A program made the position numbers and the translations under genes. A stretch of 64,000 nucleotides of DNA from the NCBI GenBank assembly GCA_965198225.1, contig CBDAOY010000007.1, positions 32,001 through 96,000 of the forward strand. Direction: 5' to 3'. Below, one piece after another: positions 10,144 to 19,523 of this stretch (position 1 is the first letter of the stretch; each line of letters begins with the position of its first letter). The notes beneath the pieces are model-generated. The model worked only from the letters and a program-made list of their open reading frames with translations. It had not been told where the DNA came from and searched no databases. Source of the DNA: Terriglobia bacterium. GTDB lineage: Bacteria > Acidobacteriota > Terriglobia > 20CM-2-55-15.

Positions 10144-11286
10144 ATGGCTAACACTTCACGACGTCAGTTCCTGACGGCCGCCGCAGGCGTGGCCGTTGCT
10201 CCGACGCTGTTTCCAGGCATGGAGATCGCAGCAGCGCCTCAGCGGCTCGCCGGCATGGACATCGACTGGGGCTACCCGGAGGATGCCGTCCGAGTCGGCC
10301 TGAATGAGAATCCGCTCGGGGTCTCGCCGAAGGCGGCGAAGGCCATGGTCGATGCGGTGCAGTACGGGAACCGCTACCTCCGCTCGGGCGACCTGACCGA
10401 CAAGATCGCGAGGCTGCATGGCGTGGATGCGAACCAGATCGTTTTCGGATGCGGTTCAACCGAGTTGCTGACCAACGTGCCGTGGGCATTCGCCCAGGAC
10501 GGCGAGATCGTCACCGGCAAGCAGGCTTACCGCGATCTGCCCGCCGAGGCCGGCCGCATGGGCATCACCGCCCACATGGTCCCGCTGGATTCCACGCTCA
10601 CTCACGACCTGGATGCCATGGCGGATGCCATCAACGACAAGACCCGCGTGGTCAACCTGACGAACCCGAACAACCCTACCGGAACGGTTGTCGGAACCGA
10701 CGACGTGCGGAAGTTTGCCGCCGTCGTTCCTAAAGACGCGGTCTACCTGATCGACGAAGCGTACATCCACTTCGCGCCGGAGGCCGATTCGAGCGCCCTC
10801 GTCCACGACTATGACAACGTCCTGGTACTGAGGACTTTTTCGAAGATATTCGGTATGGCCGGCATCCGCGTCGGCTATGGAATCGGGCATCCGGACCTGA
10901 TCGGCAAGATGCGACGCTACTCGGTGAGGAACAACGTCAGCGTCGTCGGTTTCGCCGGGGCCCTGGCCGCCATGGATGACACCGAGCACATGGACAACTA
11001 TCGCGCCTTGCTCCGGGAGTCGCGGGAGTACTACCAGCGCGAGTTGACGGCGATGGGTGTCGAGCACTATCCGAGCCGAACGCCCTTCTTCGTCCTGAAC
11101 GCCGAACGGGACGGCTCGAAGGTCGTCGAAGAGTTGCAGGAGCACAATGTGTTCATCCGCCGCGGAAACGACTGGGACCTGCCCACGTTCGTCCGCGTGA
11201 CCTTCGGGAAGATGGATGACAACCGGAAGACCCTCGCGGCGCTGAAGAAGGTGCTCGGCAAGGATACTATGAGGCAGGCTGGGTAG
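10144..11286 (+). CDS. Class I/II PLP aminotransferase (HisC-like) with Tat signal
   Basis: SRRQFL twin-arginine motif; NENPLG, NPNNPTG, DEAY, RTFSKIFGMAGIRVG (PLP Lys). Confidence 0.9.
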   Translation: MANTSRRQFLTAAAGVAVAPTLFPGMEIAAAPQRLAGMDIDWGYPEDAVRVGLNENPLGVSPKAAKAMVDAVQYGNRYLRSGDLTDKIARLHGVDANQIVFGCGSTELLTNVPWAFAQDGEIVTGKQAYRDLPAEAGRMGITAHMVPLDSTLTHDLDAMADAINDKTRVVNLTNPNNPTGTVVGTDDVRKFAAVVPKDAVYLIDEAYIHFAPEADSSALVHDYDNVLVLRTFSKIFGMAGIRVGYGIGHPDLIGKMRRYSVRNNVSVVGFAGALAAMDDTEHMDNYRALLRESREYYQRELTAMGVEHYPSRTPFFVLNAERDGSKVVEELQEHNVFIRRGNDWDLPTFVRVTFGKMDDNRKTLAALKKVLGKDTMRQAG

Positions 11287-11383
11287 CCCCGCCGTAGGGA
11301 TCGATTCCGACGCGTCGTGGTGAAGCGATATCCCCTTCGCCACGGCGCGTTGTTGTCTTGGATCTCCGGAAAATTGATGGGGG

Positions 11384-11601
11384 TCTCATCGCAGATCGCG
11401 ATATTTGAGTAATCCGCATTGCAGGTTGCTCATTGGAAATTGCTTCATTTCAGATTTTTCGGAACCGCCTCTTGTGGGTGACTGGGCGCTCTTGGTCAGC
11501 GGGCTGGAAAACTGCTGGAAACTCCGATAAATGGACAAATTAAGCAATCTCCAATCTCCAAACTTGCAATGCGGAATCGTCCGATGATCAATCTGCAATA
11601 G
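11384..11601. repeat. AT-rich palindromic element, conserved arms and variable core (copy A)
   Basis: Both arms match 41443-41700 and are imperfect inverted repeats of each other. Confidence 0.8.
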
Positions 11602-11662
11602 TCTTTGACGAGGAATCCTGGGTTACCCGTTCAGGAAACCATAATTCACCTTATTCTTCGGC

Positions 11663-14600
11663 ATGCCCCTCGAAAGTTTTCATCCCCTTGTTCGCGACTG
11701 GTTCAAGTCCCGATTCAGCGAACCGACGCCGGCCCAGGTGGCCGGCTGGCCCGTTATTCAAGAGCAGGAAAACGCGCTCATTCTGGCGCCGACCGGTTCG
11801 GGAAAGACGCTGGCGGCGTTCCTGTGCGCGATCGATTCCCTTGTGGCCGACGGCTCGCGGAATGGGAACCGGAGAGGCGTTCGGGTCGTCTATGTCTCGC
11901 CGCTGAAGGCTCTGTCGAACGACATCGAAAAGAACCTGCAGGAACCCCTGGTGGGTATCGCGAAGCTTGCCGAAGAGAATGGCCGGGAACTGACTCCCAT
12001 CCGGACCGCGGTTCGAACAGGTGACACGCCAGCCTCAGCCCGGCGCCAGTTCGGCAAGAACCCGCCCGAAATCCTGATCACGACACCCGAGTCTCTTTTT
12101 ATCCTGCTGACCAGCAAGGCCCGGGAAGTTTTCGGCGATGTCGGAACCGTCATCGTCGACGAGATTCACAACCTTGCCCGTAGCAAACGGGGTGTTCATC
12201 TCGCCCTCACCCTGGAACGCCTGGAAACTCTCGCCGATACCCCGTTCCAGCGCATCGGACTGTCCGCCACTCAGAGACCTCTGGAGGAAATCGCGCGGTT
12301 TCTCGGAGGGCAGGATGAAGATGGGGAACCCCGCCCGGTCAGCGTCGTCGACGTCGGCGGACGGAAGGAGATGGACGTTAAAGTCGTGTGCGTGACGCCG
12401 GACTTTACGAACCTTCCCGACCAGAGCGTGTGGTCGCTCGTCTTTCCAGAGGTCTTCAGCCTGGTCCAGCGACACCGCACCACGCTGGTCTTCACCAACA
12501 ACCGTCGCCTCGCCGAGAGAGTGGCTGCCCGTCTGAACGAACTCGCGGACGACACGCTGGCCCTGGCGTATCACGGCAGTATGTCTCCGGAGTCGCGCCG
12601 GGAGATGGAAGACCGGCTCAAGCGGGGCGAGATCCGTTGCCTGGTGTCGACATCGGCGCTCGAGCTCGGGATCGACATCGGGAGCATCGATCTGGTGATC
12701 CAGTTGCAATCGCCCAAAGGCGTCGCTGCGGCCCTCCAGCGAGTGGGACGTTCCGGGCATCTGGTTTCGGCAACCAGCCAGGGACGATTGTTTCCGACAT
12801 TCCGGGATGACCTGATCGAGTCCGCCGTCGTTGCCAGGGAGATGTATGAAGGCTGGGTTGAACGCACGATGGTGCCCAAAGACCCTCTCGACGTCCTCGC
12901 GCAGCAGATCGTCGCCTGCGCGGCCATGGACGACTGGGCGACGGAAGATCTGTATCGTCTGACGCGCCGGGCCTATCCTTACGAGAAGCTGAGCCGCAAC
13001 GTCTTCCGGTCGGTTCTGGAGATGGTTGCCGGACGGTACGGGGAGGGGGACTTTCGAAACCTGAGAGCCCGTGTCTCATGGGACCCGCAGAACGATGTGA
13101 TCCGGAAACTGCCGGGCAGTCAGTCCCTCGCCGTGACGAGTGGGGGGACCATCCCGGATCGGGGGCTCTTCGCGGCCTACCTGGAGAACGGCAAACGCGT
13201 CGGGGAACTCGATGAAGAATTCGTCTTCGAGAGCCGGGTCGGGGAAGTGTTTCTGCTCGGCAGCTCGTCGTGGCGCATCCAGGAGATACGTGTCGACCGC
13301 GTGATCGTCAAGGAAGCCTTCGGCGAGCCCGCAAAGATGCCGTTCTGGAAAGGGGAGGGGATCGGCCGGGACTATGAGCTGAGCCTGAAGGTCGGCGAGT
13401 TTCAGCGGGAAGTGGGCGAGCGTCGCTCCGACCCTGATGTAACGGTGTGGCTCGAGGACAGGTATGCCGTCGATTCCCGCAGCGCCTGGAACATCGTTTC
13501 CTACCTCAAGAACCAGAAGATTGCCACAGAGGTGGTTCCCGACGACCGGAACATCGTCGGAGAAATCTTCCGCGACGAAATCGGAAACCCCCGCATCGCC
13601 ATCCACTCCGTGTTCGGGCGTCGGGTCAACGACCTGTTGGGCCTGGTTCTGGGCCAGCGCCTGAGGGAGGTGCTCCGGGTCCATGTTCCGTACCTGCAGC
13701 AGGACAACGGGATCCTCTTCCAGGTGCCCGACACCGCCGACGCCGTCGAGCCCGACACGATCCGCCTGATCCTATCCGGCCTGCGCACCGAGAACTTGCG
13801 CGAGCTGGTTCTCGAGGAGATTGCCCGATCACCCATCTTCATCGCCGCCTTCCGGGAGAACGCCATGCGTTCCCTGCTATTGCCGCGTAACAAGCCGGGA
13901 CAGCGGACGCCGCTCTGGATGCAGCGGCTCCGGGCCGGGGATTTCCTGGAGGTCACGAGACAGTACGAGGACTTTCCCGTGATCCTCGAGACGATCCGGG
14001 ATTGCCTGAACGACCGGATGGACTTTGAAAGCTTCCAGGCAGTCGTCGCGGGGATAGAGGGCGGGAGCATCGCCGTCCATGCTGTCGGGACGGCGGTGCC
14101 GTCCCCGTTCGCGGCGAGTCTCCTGTTCGGGTTCATCGGCGTGTTCATGTACGAGGACGACAGGCCCCGGGCCGAGTCGCACTCGCAATTGCTTCAGGTC
14201 AATCGCTCGCTGCTGGATGAGGTCCTCGACCCGTCGGCCAGGCGCGCACTGGTCCAGCCCCGGGCAGTCGAACAGGTGGAGGAACGGCTTCAACTCCGGG
14301 GCCCGTCTTACCGTGCGCGTTCTCCCGAGGAACTGGCCGAGATTCTCTATCAACTGGGCGACCTGGCTTCCGACGAGTTGCTGGAACGCGCCGAGGACCC
14401 GGGTTTTCTCGAAACCCTCGAGCAACAGGGGCGGATCGTCGAACATCGTGGCCGCTGGATTCTGGCCGAAGAAGGCGATCTCTTCGAGGGTAAGGATCTC
14501 GAGTCCCGGAAGATCCTTCTGCGGCGACACCTCCAGACCCATCCTCCAGTGCGGGCATCGGAGTTGGCGGAGCGATTTGGCTTCGATGTCGAGCCCGCGC

Positions 14601-15715
14601 TCGGGGACCTCGAAGAAGAGGGTTCGGCGCTGCGCGGTTCCTTCGTCTCGGAGGAGGAGGAATGGTGCCATCCCAATTCGCTCGAACAGATCTACCGCCG
14701 AACGCTTTCCATCCTCCGGAAGCAGGTGCAGCCCTGTTCGCTGGCCGAGTTCACCGTGTTCCTGCTCGACTGGCAGGCGCGAACCGGACCGAGGATCGAA
14801 CTGCCCGAGACACTGGAGCAACTGGAAGGCTATCCCGCCCCCGTCGGAACCTGGGATGCGGAGATACTCCCCGGCCGCGTCGAAGGCTATTCGAAGTCCA
14901 TGCTGGAACGCCTGATGTCGTCGGGCAAGGTCTTTGCGATGGGTGCCGAGCGCGGCAAGGTGCGTCTCATTCAGCGCGGTCACGGCTGGCTCTTCGCGCC
15001 TGAAGACACCGAGGTGTCGGCGCCGGCCCGGGAGATCGTAGGTTTTCTCGAAGAGCAGGGAGCCTCGTTCTTCGAGGACTTTCGTGAAAACCTGGACTTC
15101 CGCCTGCCGGTGCTGATCGACAGCCTGTCGGAGCTGTTCTGGGCCGGTATCGTCACGAACGACGTCCTCGACGAGGTCGCGCGTCTGCGACGACGCTCTC
15201 TAACGGAGACTGACGAGATCCAAGACCGGCCGAGCCGGATGCGTCAGTTCAAGAAGAGCTGGAAGAACGTTCCCGGCTGGTCAGGCCGCTGGTCTCTCAT
15301 TGCCTCGAAGGGATCGTTCGGAAAGCCGGGAACCCCGGATGAGCGTGTCGCCGCGCTGGTGGGAATGGTGCTCAAACGCTACGGCGTGGTCGCCCGGGAG
15401 TGGTTCCTTCGGGAGCAACTACCGGTCTCGTGGACGCTAGCCGCCCGCGCCCTGGAACGGATGGAATGGCGGGGCGAGGTCCGGAGAGGGATCTTCGTCG
15501 ATCAGATTTCCGGCCTGCAGTATGCGTTGCCCGAGGCCGTCGAGGCGCTGCGATCCGCGAGAGTGACCGGTTCGGACCAGGAGTTGCGTATCAGTGCCTG
15601 TGATCCGGCCAGTCCGTATGGCGGCGGGATCCCATCCGAGGTGTCGGTATCGCGTTCTGTGAACCTGTTTGTGAAGCTCGAGGCCGGGCGGCCGGTGTCG
15701 GTGGAGCGGGGGTAG
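11663..15715 (+). CDS. lhr: Lhr-family ATP-dependent helicase
   Basis: APTGSGKT, SPLKAL, TTPESL, DEIH, SAT, LELGIDIG, QRVGRSGH; winged-helix C-terminal region. Confidence 0.93.
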   Translation: MPLESFHPLVRDWFKSRFSEPTPAQVAGWPVIQEQENALILAPTGSGKTLAAFLCAIDSLVADGSRNGNRRGVRVVYVSPLKALSNDIEKNLQEPLVGIAKLAEENGRELTPIRTAVRTGDTPASARRQFGKNPPEILITTPESLFILLTSKAREVFGDVGTVIVDEIHNLARSKRGVHLALTLERLETLADTPFQRIGLSATQRPLEEIARFLGGQDEDGEPRPVSVVDVGGRKEMDVKVVCVTPDFTNLPDQSVWSLVFPEVFSLVQRHRTTLVFTNNRRLAERVAARLNELADDTLALAYHGSMSPESRREMEDRLKRGEIRCLVSTSALELGIDIGSIDLVIQLQSPKGVAAALQRVGRSGHLVSATSQGRLFPTFRDDLIESAVVAREMYEGWVERTMVPKDPLDVLAQQIVACAAMDDWATEDLYRLTRRAYPYEKLSRNVFRSVLEMVAGRYGEGDFRNLRARVSWDPQNDVIRKLPGSQSLAVTSGGTIPDRGLFAAYLENGKRVGELDEEFVFESRVGEVFLLGSSSWRIQEIRVDRVIVKEAFGEPAKMPFWKGEGIGRDYELSLKVGEFQREVGERRSDPDVTVWLEDRYAVDSRSAWNIVSYLKNQKIATEVVPDDRNIVGEIFRDEIGNPRIAIHSVFGRRVNDLLGLVLGQRLREVLRVHVPYLQQDNGILFQVPDTADAVEPDTIRLILSGLRTENLRELVLEEIARSPIFIAAFRENAMRSLLLPRNKPGQRTPLWMQRLRAGDFLEVTRQYEDFPVILETIRDCLNDRMDFESFQAVVAGIEGGSIAVHAVGTAVPSPFAASLLFGFIGVFMYEDDRPRAESHSQLLQVNRSLLDEVLDPSARRALVQPRAVEQVEERLQLRGPSYRARSPEELAEILYQLGDLASDELLERAEDPGFLETLEQQGRIVEHRGRWILAEEGDLFEGKDLESRKILLRRHLQTHPPVRASELAERFGFDVEPALGDLEEEGSALRGSFVSEEEEWCHPNSLEQIYRRTLSILRKQVQPCSLAEFTVFLLDWQARTGPRIELPETLEQLEGYPAPVGTWDAEILPGRVEGYSKSMLERLMSSGKVFAMGAERGKVRLIQRGHGWLFAPEDTEVSAPAREIVGFLEEQGASFFEDFRENLDFRLPVLIDSLSELFWAGIVTNDVLDEVARLRRRSLTETDEIQDRPSRMRQFKKSWKNVPGWSGRWSLIASKGSFGKPGTPDERVAALVGMVLKRYGVVAREWFLREQLPVSWTLAARALERMEWRGEVRRGIFVDQISGLQYALPEAVEALRSARVTGSDQELRISACDPASPYGGGIPSEVSVSRSVNLFVKLEAGRPVSVERG

Positions 15716-15729
15716 CGGAAGTCTTCACG

Positions 15730-15794
15730 TTCTCAGACGTTTTCTGTGCGAGCCAACACACGGGGGCAGGGCTATACTCCTGTCCCCCTCACGT
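15730..15794 (+). repeat. GGGGACAGG-hairpin repeat (copy 2), left boundary of accessory island
   Basis: About 65-bp direct match to 24231-24294. Confidence 0.75.
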
Positions 15795-15836
15795 GCTTTC
15801 ACTCGCGGTGTTTAGTCGATTGAGCGATCTCCTCGT

Positions 15837-15898
15837 TCCTAACGTACTGGCGATAAGCTGCGCCGCGAAGCGACGTCAGCTTCAACGCCCTGTTAGAC
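15837..15898 (-). other. Integron attC site 1
   Basis: Minus strand GTCTAAC-agggc-gttgaagctg...cagcttatc-gccagtac-GTTAGGA, 62 bp, 4 bp after the amidohydrolase stop. Confidence 0.9.
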
Positions 15899-15902
15899 CG
15901 CG

Positions 15903-17186
15903 TCACGGGCGCTTGAATACGACTCCTTCTTTCATCACGAAACTGACGTGTTCCATGATCGATATGTTCTGGGTCGGATCTTCAGGGACCGCGATGATGT
16001 CGGCGAGCTTTCCAGGTTCGATCGTGCCCAGCCTGTCCTCGACCTCGAGCAGGGTCGCCGCAGTTAGCGTTGCCGCCCGAATTGTTTCCAAGGGAGGCAT
16101 GCCAGCCTCCACCATGTATTCGAACTCGCGGCCGTTGTCACCATGAGCTGGGACACCCGCATCGGTACCGAACGCGATCTTTACCCCTGCTTCATACGCT
16201 CGAGCGAACGTGCTCTTTAGTTTCGGGCCGATGGATGCTGCCTTCACCCTGATGATTTCGGGAAAAAATCCGTCGATCTTCGCCTTTTCGGACACGAACT
16301 CCCCGGCGCTGATCGTTGGGACGTAGTACGTTCCACGTTGCCTCATCAGTTCGATTGCTTCGTCATCCATCAGGGTACCGTGTTCAATCGACCGGACACC
16401 GGCGCGAACTGCACGTTTGATCCCCTCGGCGCCATGGGCATGTGCGGCGACGTGGAAGCCGTAGTCGGTTGCAGTCTCCACGATTGCGCGAATTTCTTCC
16501 TCGGTCATCTGCGGGCCGTCGCCATTGGCGGACAGACTAAGGACTCCGCCGGTGGCAGGTATTTTGATCAGATTTACGCCTTCTTTGTACCGCTGTCTGA
16601 CGGCCTTCCTCGCTTCTTCCGGACTGTTGATGATGCCCTGGTCCGGCCCCGGATCGCCCATGATGTCGCCCCGCCATCCGTTGGTAGGATCCCCATGGCC
16701 GCCTGTAGACGACAGGTTCCCGGAAACATACATCCGCGGTCCATCGATCAGTCCCTGGTTGATGGCGTTGCGCAGCGAGACGTTGATGCCGTATGGACTG
16801 CCAACGTCACGGACTGTTGTGAATCCTGCCATCAAAGTCTTCTGAGCGTAGCCAACGCTGCGATATGCGAAATCGGGTGCGTTCAACGTAAATCGTTGAA
16901 TCGTCCCATTCGGATTCAATTGGTTCGATAGATGTACATGTAGATCCATCAAGCCGGGGATACATGTATGGGATTCGAGGTCGATCACTTCCGCTTCACC
17001 GTCCGAGCTGGTGAATCCCTCGTCCACTCTTATAATCCGAGTGTCCTCGACAACCACCGTTCGTTCAGTCATTACCTCCTGCGTGCGGACGTCGATCAGT
17101 TTGCCGCAATGCAGTATCTTAGTCGCAGCTCCAAGTTCTCCGCCGAAAGCGAGAATGCCGATTAAGGCAGCAAGGAAAAACCGCAT
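15903..17186 (-). CDS. Secreted metal-dependent amidohydrolase (Xaa-Pro dipeptidase-like), integron cassette
   Basis: Signal peptide; PGLMDLHVH, AAHAHG, SIEHG, FGTDAG, GKLADIIAV; GGAGG RBS. Confidence 0.92.
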   Translation of the reverse strand: MRFFLAALIGILAFGGELGAATKILHCGKLIDVRTQEVMTERTVVVEDTRIIRVDEGFTSSDGEAEVIDLESHTCIPGLMDLHVHLSNQLNPNGTIQRFTLNAPDFAYRSVGYAQKTLMAGFTTVRDVGSPYGINVSLRNAINQGLIDGPRMYVSGNLSSTGGHGDPTNGWRGDIMGDPGPDQGIINSPEEARKAVRQRYKEGVNLIKIPATGGVLSLSANGDGPQMTEEEIRAIVETATDYGFHVAAHAHGAEGIKRAVRAGVRSIEHGTLMDDEAIELMRQRGTYYVPTISAGEFVSEKAKIDGFFPEIIRVKAASIGPKLKSTFARAYEAGVKIAFGTDAGVPAHGDNGREFEYMVEAGMPPLETIRAATLTAATLLEVEDRLGTIEPGKLADIIAVPEDPTQNISIMEHVSFVMKEGVVFKRP

Positions 17187-17232
17187 TATTCCTCCTTATA
17201 AGAGTCTGTCATTTCGGGACGAATGCATGGCA

Positions 17233-17292
17233 GTCTACCGTTACGGCTCAGCGGCGCCGCGCTGCGGCGTCCGCTGCAGCCGATTGTTAGGT
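17233..17292 (-). other. Integron attC site 2 (R' core reads GGTAGAC)
   Basis: Minus strand ACCTAAC-aatcg-gctgcagcgg...ccgctgagc-cgtaac-GGTAGAC, 60 bp. Confidence 0.87.
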
Positions 17293-17407
17293 TGCCCGGT
17301 TACATCCAACGGAGCCACCATGTGCTTGCCCAAAAGGCCGTTTGTCAATTCTTAGCCGGCATGAGACCGACCCTTGCACAGTAGCCCTCGCTCCAAATAT
17401 GAGGGTC

Positions 17408-18556
17408 TCACTCCCCAGGAACCCGAGTCGATGTCTTGAAGCGTTTTAGCATCTGGCCAACCTTCGGGCGATCTCGATCGTAGAGTTTGAGACGCATATC
17501 TGGGTACGAAGAGAAATGTTTGAGGATAGTGTATTCCCAATAGTCCTCGATTCGACCTTTTGATAGAAGGTCAGTGACTTGATTTTCCACCAGCTGAAAT
17601 AGTCGGTCCCTTGTTTCCTTCCGCTTGGTCATGCCCGGGAGTTGTTTGCGGAGACGATCTCTCGCTTTCTCATCTGCTTCATGGGCTTCGCCATGATGCA
17701 GTCCGGGGTCCCCGGAGTCTCCACGGGTGGCGCGCCATTCTGTCTTTTCTTCCTCGAATAGTTTCCAACGGCCGCGGATTTCTTTTTCGAGTGCAGGGTC
17801 CTGTAGGTATTGAGCGACGCGAGCCGCGTCGAAGTGCTTCAGCAAGTCGCGCCCGATCTGCTCCATCATCAATCGATATCGGGCGTCTCCTAATGCGGAG
17901 ATTAATCCGGGTGGTATCTCTTTGGCCATCAGATTCTCAGAAGAACCCGGTGAGGACTTGGTAACCATCTGCTGAGCCTCAGCCAAGACCGAGGCATCAT
18001 CCAAGCACTCTGCCAGGTCAGCGGCATGAACGAGCAGTGATCTGACGTTTGTCTGGTAAAGAGAGGTTCTAAGGAGCGCGATAGGCTCAGGGCGCTTGCA
18101 AATGACTCGGGCTCGTGCTGGGTCCGCGAGCATTCTCTCAAGGAGCTCGACCAGGGGTTCGATATCGGCATCCCAACTGCTGTGATCCAGCGAGTGAGCA
18201 TTGAATTTTCGGAGTGGCTGAAGCTCGGTCGGGAGATCGTCCGTGAGAGTCGCCCAGTCGACGCCTCTCACTAATATTGGGATGATCGACACCGCAGAAT
18301 TGAGCGCGGCACGGACTTCATACAGAATTGAATCCGTGAGCATCCACGCTGGTCCGATCAGAAGGAGCACTGCGACCGAGTCCTTTAGTGTGTGGTCGAC
18401 TACGCGCTCCCAATTGGCACCGAACTCAATATCGATGACGTCAGTGAAGACCCGCTCGTCGCCTAGTCTCCTCCGAAGGGCGTCACCGAGGCGCCCCGCG
18501 TCTGCCTCACTATCAGACCTGTGGTAGGAGATGAAAATGCGGTTGAAATCCTCCAT
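17408..18556 (-). CDS. TIR-domain protein with unrecognised C-terminal region, integron cassette
   Basis: IFISYHRSDS..AGRL...LG...VFTDV..I..G..W, YEVRAAL, IIPILV; lower GC than flanks. Confidence 0.87.
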   Translation of the reverse strand: MEDFNRIFISYHRSDSEADAGRLGDALRRRLGDERVFTDVIDIEFGANWERVVDHTLKDSVAVLLLIGPAWMLTDSILYEVRAALNSAVSIIPILVRGVDWATLTDDLPTELQPLRKFNAHSLDHSSWDADIEPLVELLERMLADPARARVICKRPEPIALLRTSLYQTNVRSLLVHAADLAECLDDASVLAEAQQMVTKSSPGSSENLMAKEIPPGLISALGDARYRLMMEQIGRDLLKHFDAARVAQYLQDPALEKEIRGRWKLFEEEKTEWRATRGDSGDPGLHHGEAHEADEKARDRLRKQLPGMTKRKETRDRLFQLVENQVTDLLSKGRIEDYWEYTILKHFSSYPDMRLKLYDRDRPKVGQMLKRFKTSTRVPGE

Positions 18557-18780
18557 CGTGTCCTGCTCCAGCACTCTCTGCTAAGGGGGGCATACTGTTG
18601 ATGCACCTGCAAAAGCCATGGTCGTATCAAGGTAATTTTCCGACAAACCTCCGCATATGGGTTGTCGTCACCGCACGACTGCCGAGACAAGCCCGGCCAA
18701 GTGCCCCCGCAATTCACGGAGATCGGTGCATATCCGCACAGGCGAGCCTCATTCCACCACGATCGATTCACTCAAGGGCT

Positions 18781-18832
18781 ACCTAACGGCCCGTGACACC
18801 GCAGGACCGTCTGGTTCAGCCGCTTGTTCGAC
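18781..18832 (-). other. Integron attC site 3 (short, L' arm apparently deleted)
   Basis: Minus strand GTCGAAC-aagcg-gctgaacc...gggcc-GTTAGGT, 52 bp. Confidence 0.75.
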
Positions 18833-19178
18833 CGCTTTTGGTTTCAGGCGATAAGGCGAATACGGAAGCATCGCTGTCCGCTTCGAAGTCCAGAAGACGC
18901 TGTCGCGATCGACTCAGCAGCTTCGCGATGGCTCCCGTGCCCGCATTTCCGACGTCCAACCACACCACCTTTGGCGGCGTGCCCTGAAGAGTGCTCCGTT
19001 CCCGAAAATCGGTGTCCTTCGAAACGATCGCGAAGCCGTTCTCCCGTGCGTAATCCCATATCCTTTCATCCGCCGAGCCCCGGAACTGAATATCTTCGAC
19101 ATGCGTGCTGCCAGGAAAGTCTCGTTCCAAGGAGCGAGCCAACTTCGGACTTAGGTTTTCGTCGAACAGAAGTTTCAC
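18816..19178 (-). CDS. DUF5615 PIN-like toxin (VapC45-like)
   Basis: MKLLFDENLS, DERIWDYA, IVSKDTDF, PPKVVWL.VGN. Confidence 0.92.
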   Translation of the reverse strand: MKLLFDENLSPKLARSLERDFPGSTHVEDIQFRGSADERIWDYARENGFAIVSKDTDFRERSTLQGTPPKVVWLDVGNAGTGAIAKLLSRSRQRLLDFEADSDASVFALSPETKSGRTSG

Positions 19179-19399
19179 GCAACTGAATTGGTCAGACGAC
19201 GCTCGCGAGCGGCCGCGAAGGACAGGCAGGCCCGAATATCTTCACGGGTCAATGATGGAAAATCCGCTAAGATCTCGTCCTCGCTCATACCCCCAGCGAG
19301 GTATTCGAGGACGTCGAACACTGTAATTCGTGTTCCCTTAACGCACGGCTTGCCACTACGCACGGCCGGATCAATGGAAATGTGTTCCTTCCAGTTCAC
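19175..19399 (-). CDS. DUF433 antitoxin (VapB45-like)
   Basis: IDPAVRSGKPCVKGTRITV..EILADFPSLTREDIRACL; 4-bp overlap with toxin. Confidence 0.93.
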   Translation of the reverse strand: MNWKEHISIDPAVRSGKPCVKGTRITVFDVLEYLAGGMSEDEILADFPSLTREDIRACLSFAAARERRLTNSVA

Positions 19400-19405
19400 A
19401 ACCCA

Positions 19406-19411
19406 ATTCTA
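19406..19411 (-). promoter_or_regulatory. Putative -10 box for a leaderless TA transcript
   Basis: TAGAAT 6 nt upstream of the GTG start; no obvious RBS; -35 weak. Confidence 0.45.
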
Positions 19412-19462
19412 CTCCCCGCAGCCGGCCAAGCCACAACTTCTTGGACCGGCCCGTCCTGGTCG

Positions 19463-19523
19463 GTCGAACGGCCGCAATCAGCGGCCCGCGGCTTCGGGGG
19501 ACCGCTGCATTGTTTTGTTAGCA
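19463..19523 (-). other. Integron attC site 4
   Basis: Minus strand TGCTAAC-aaaac-aatgcagcgg...ccgctgattg-cggcc-GTTCGAC, 61 bp; the upstream gene's TAA lies within R''. Confidence 0.88.
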
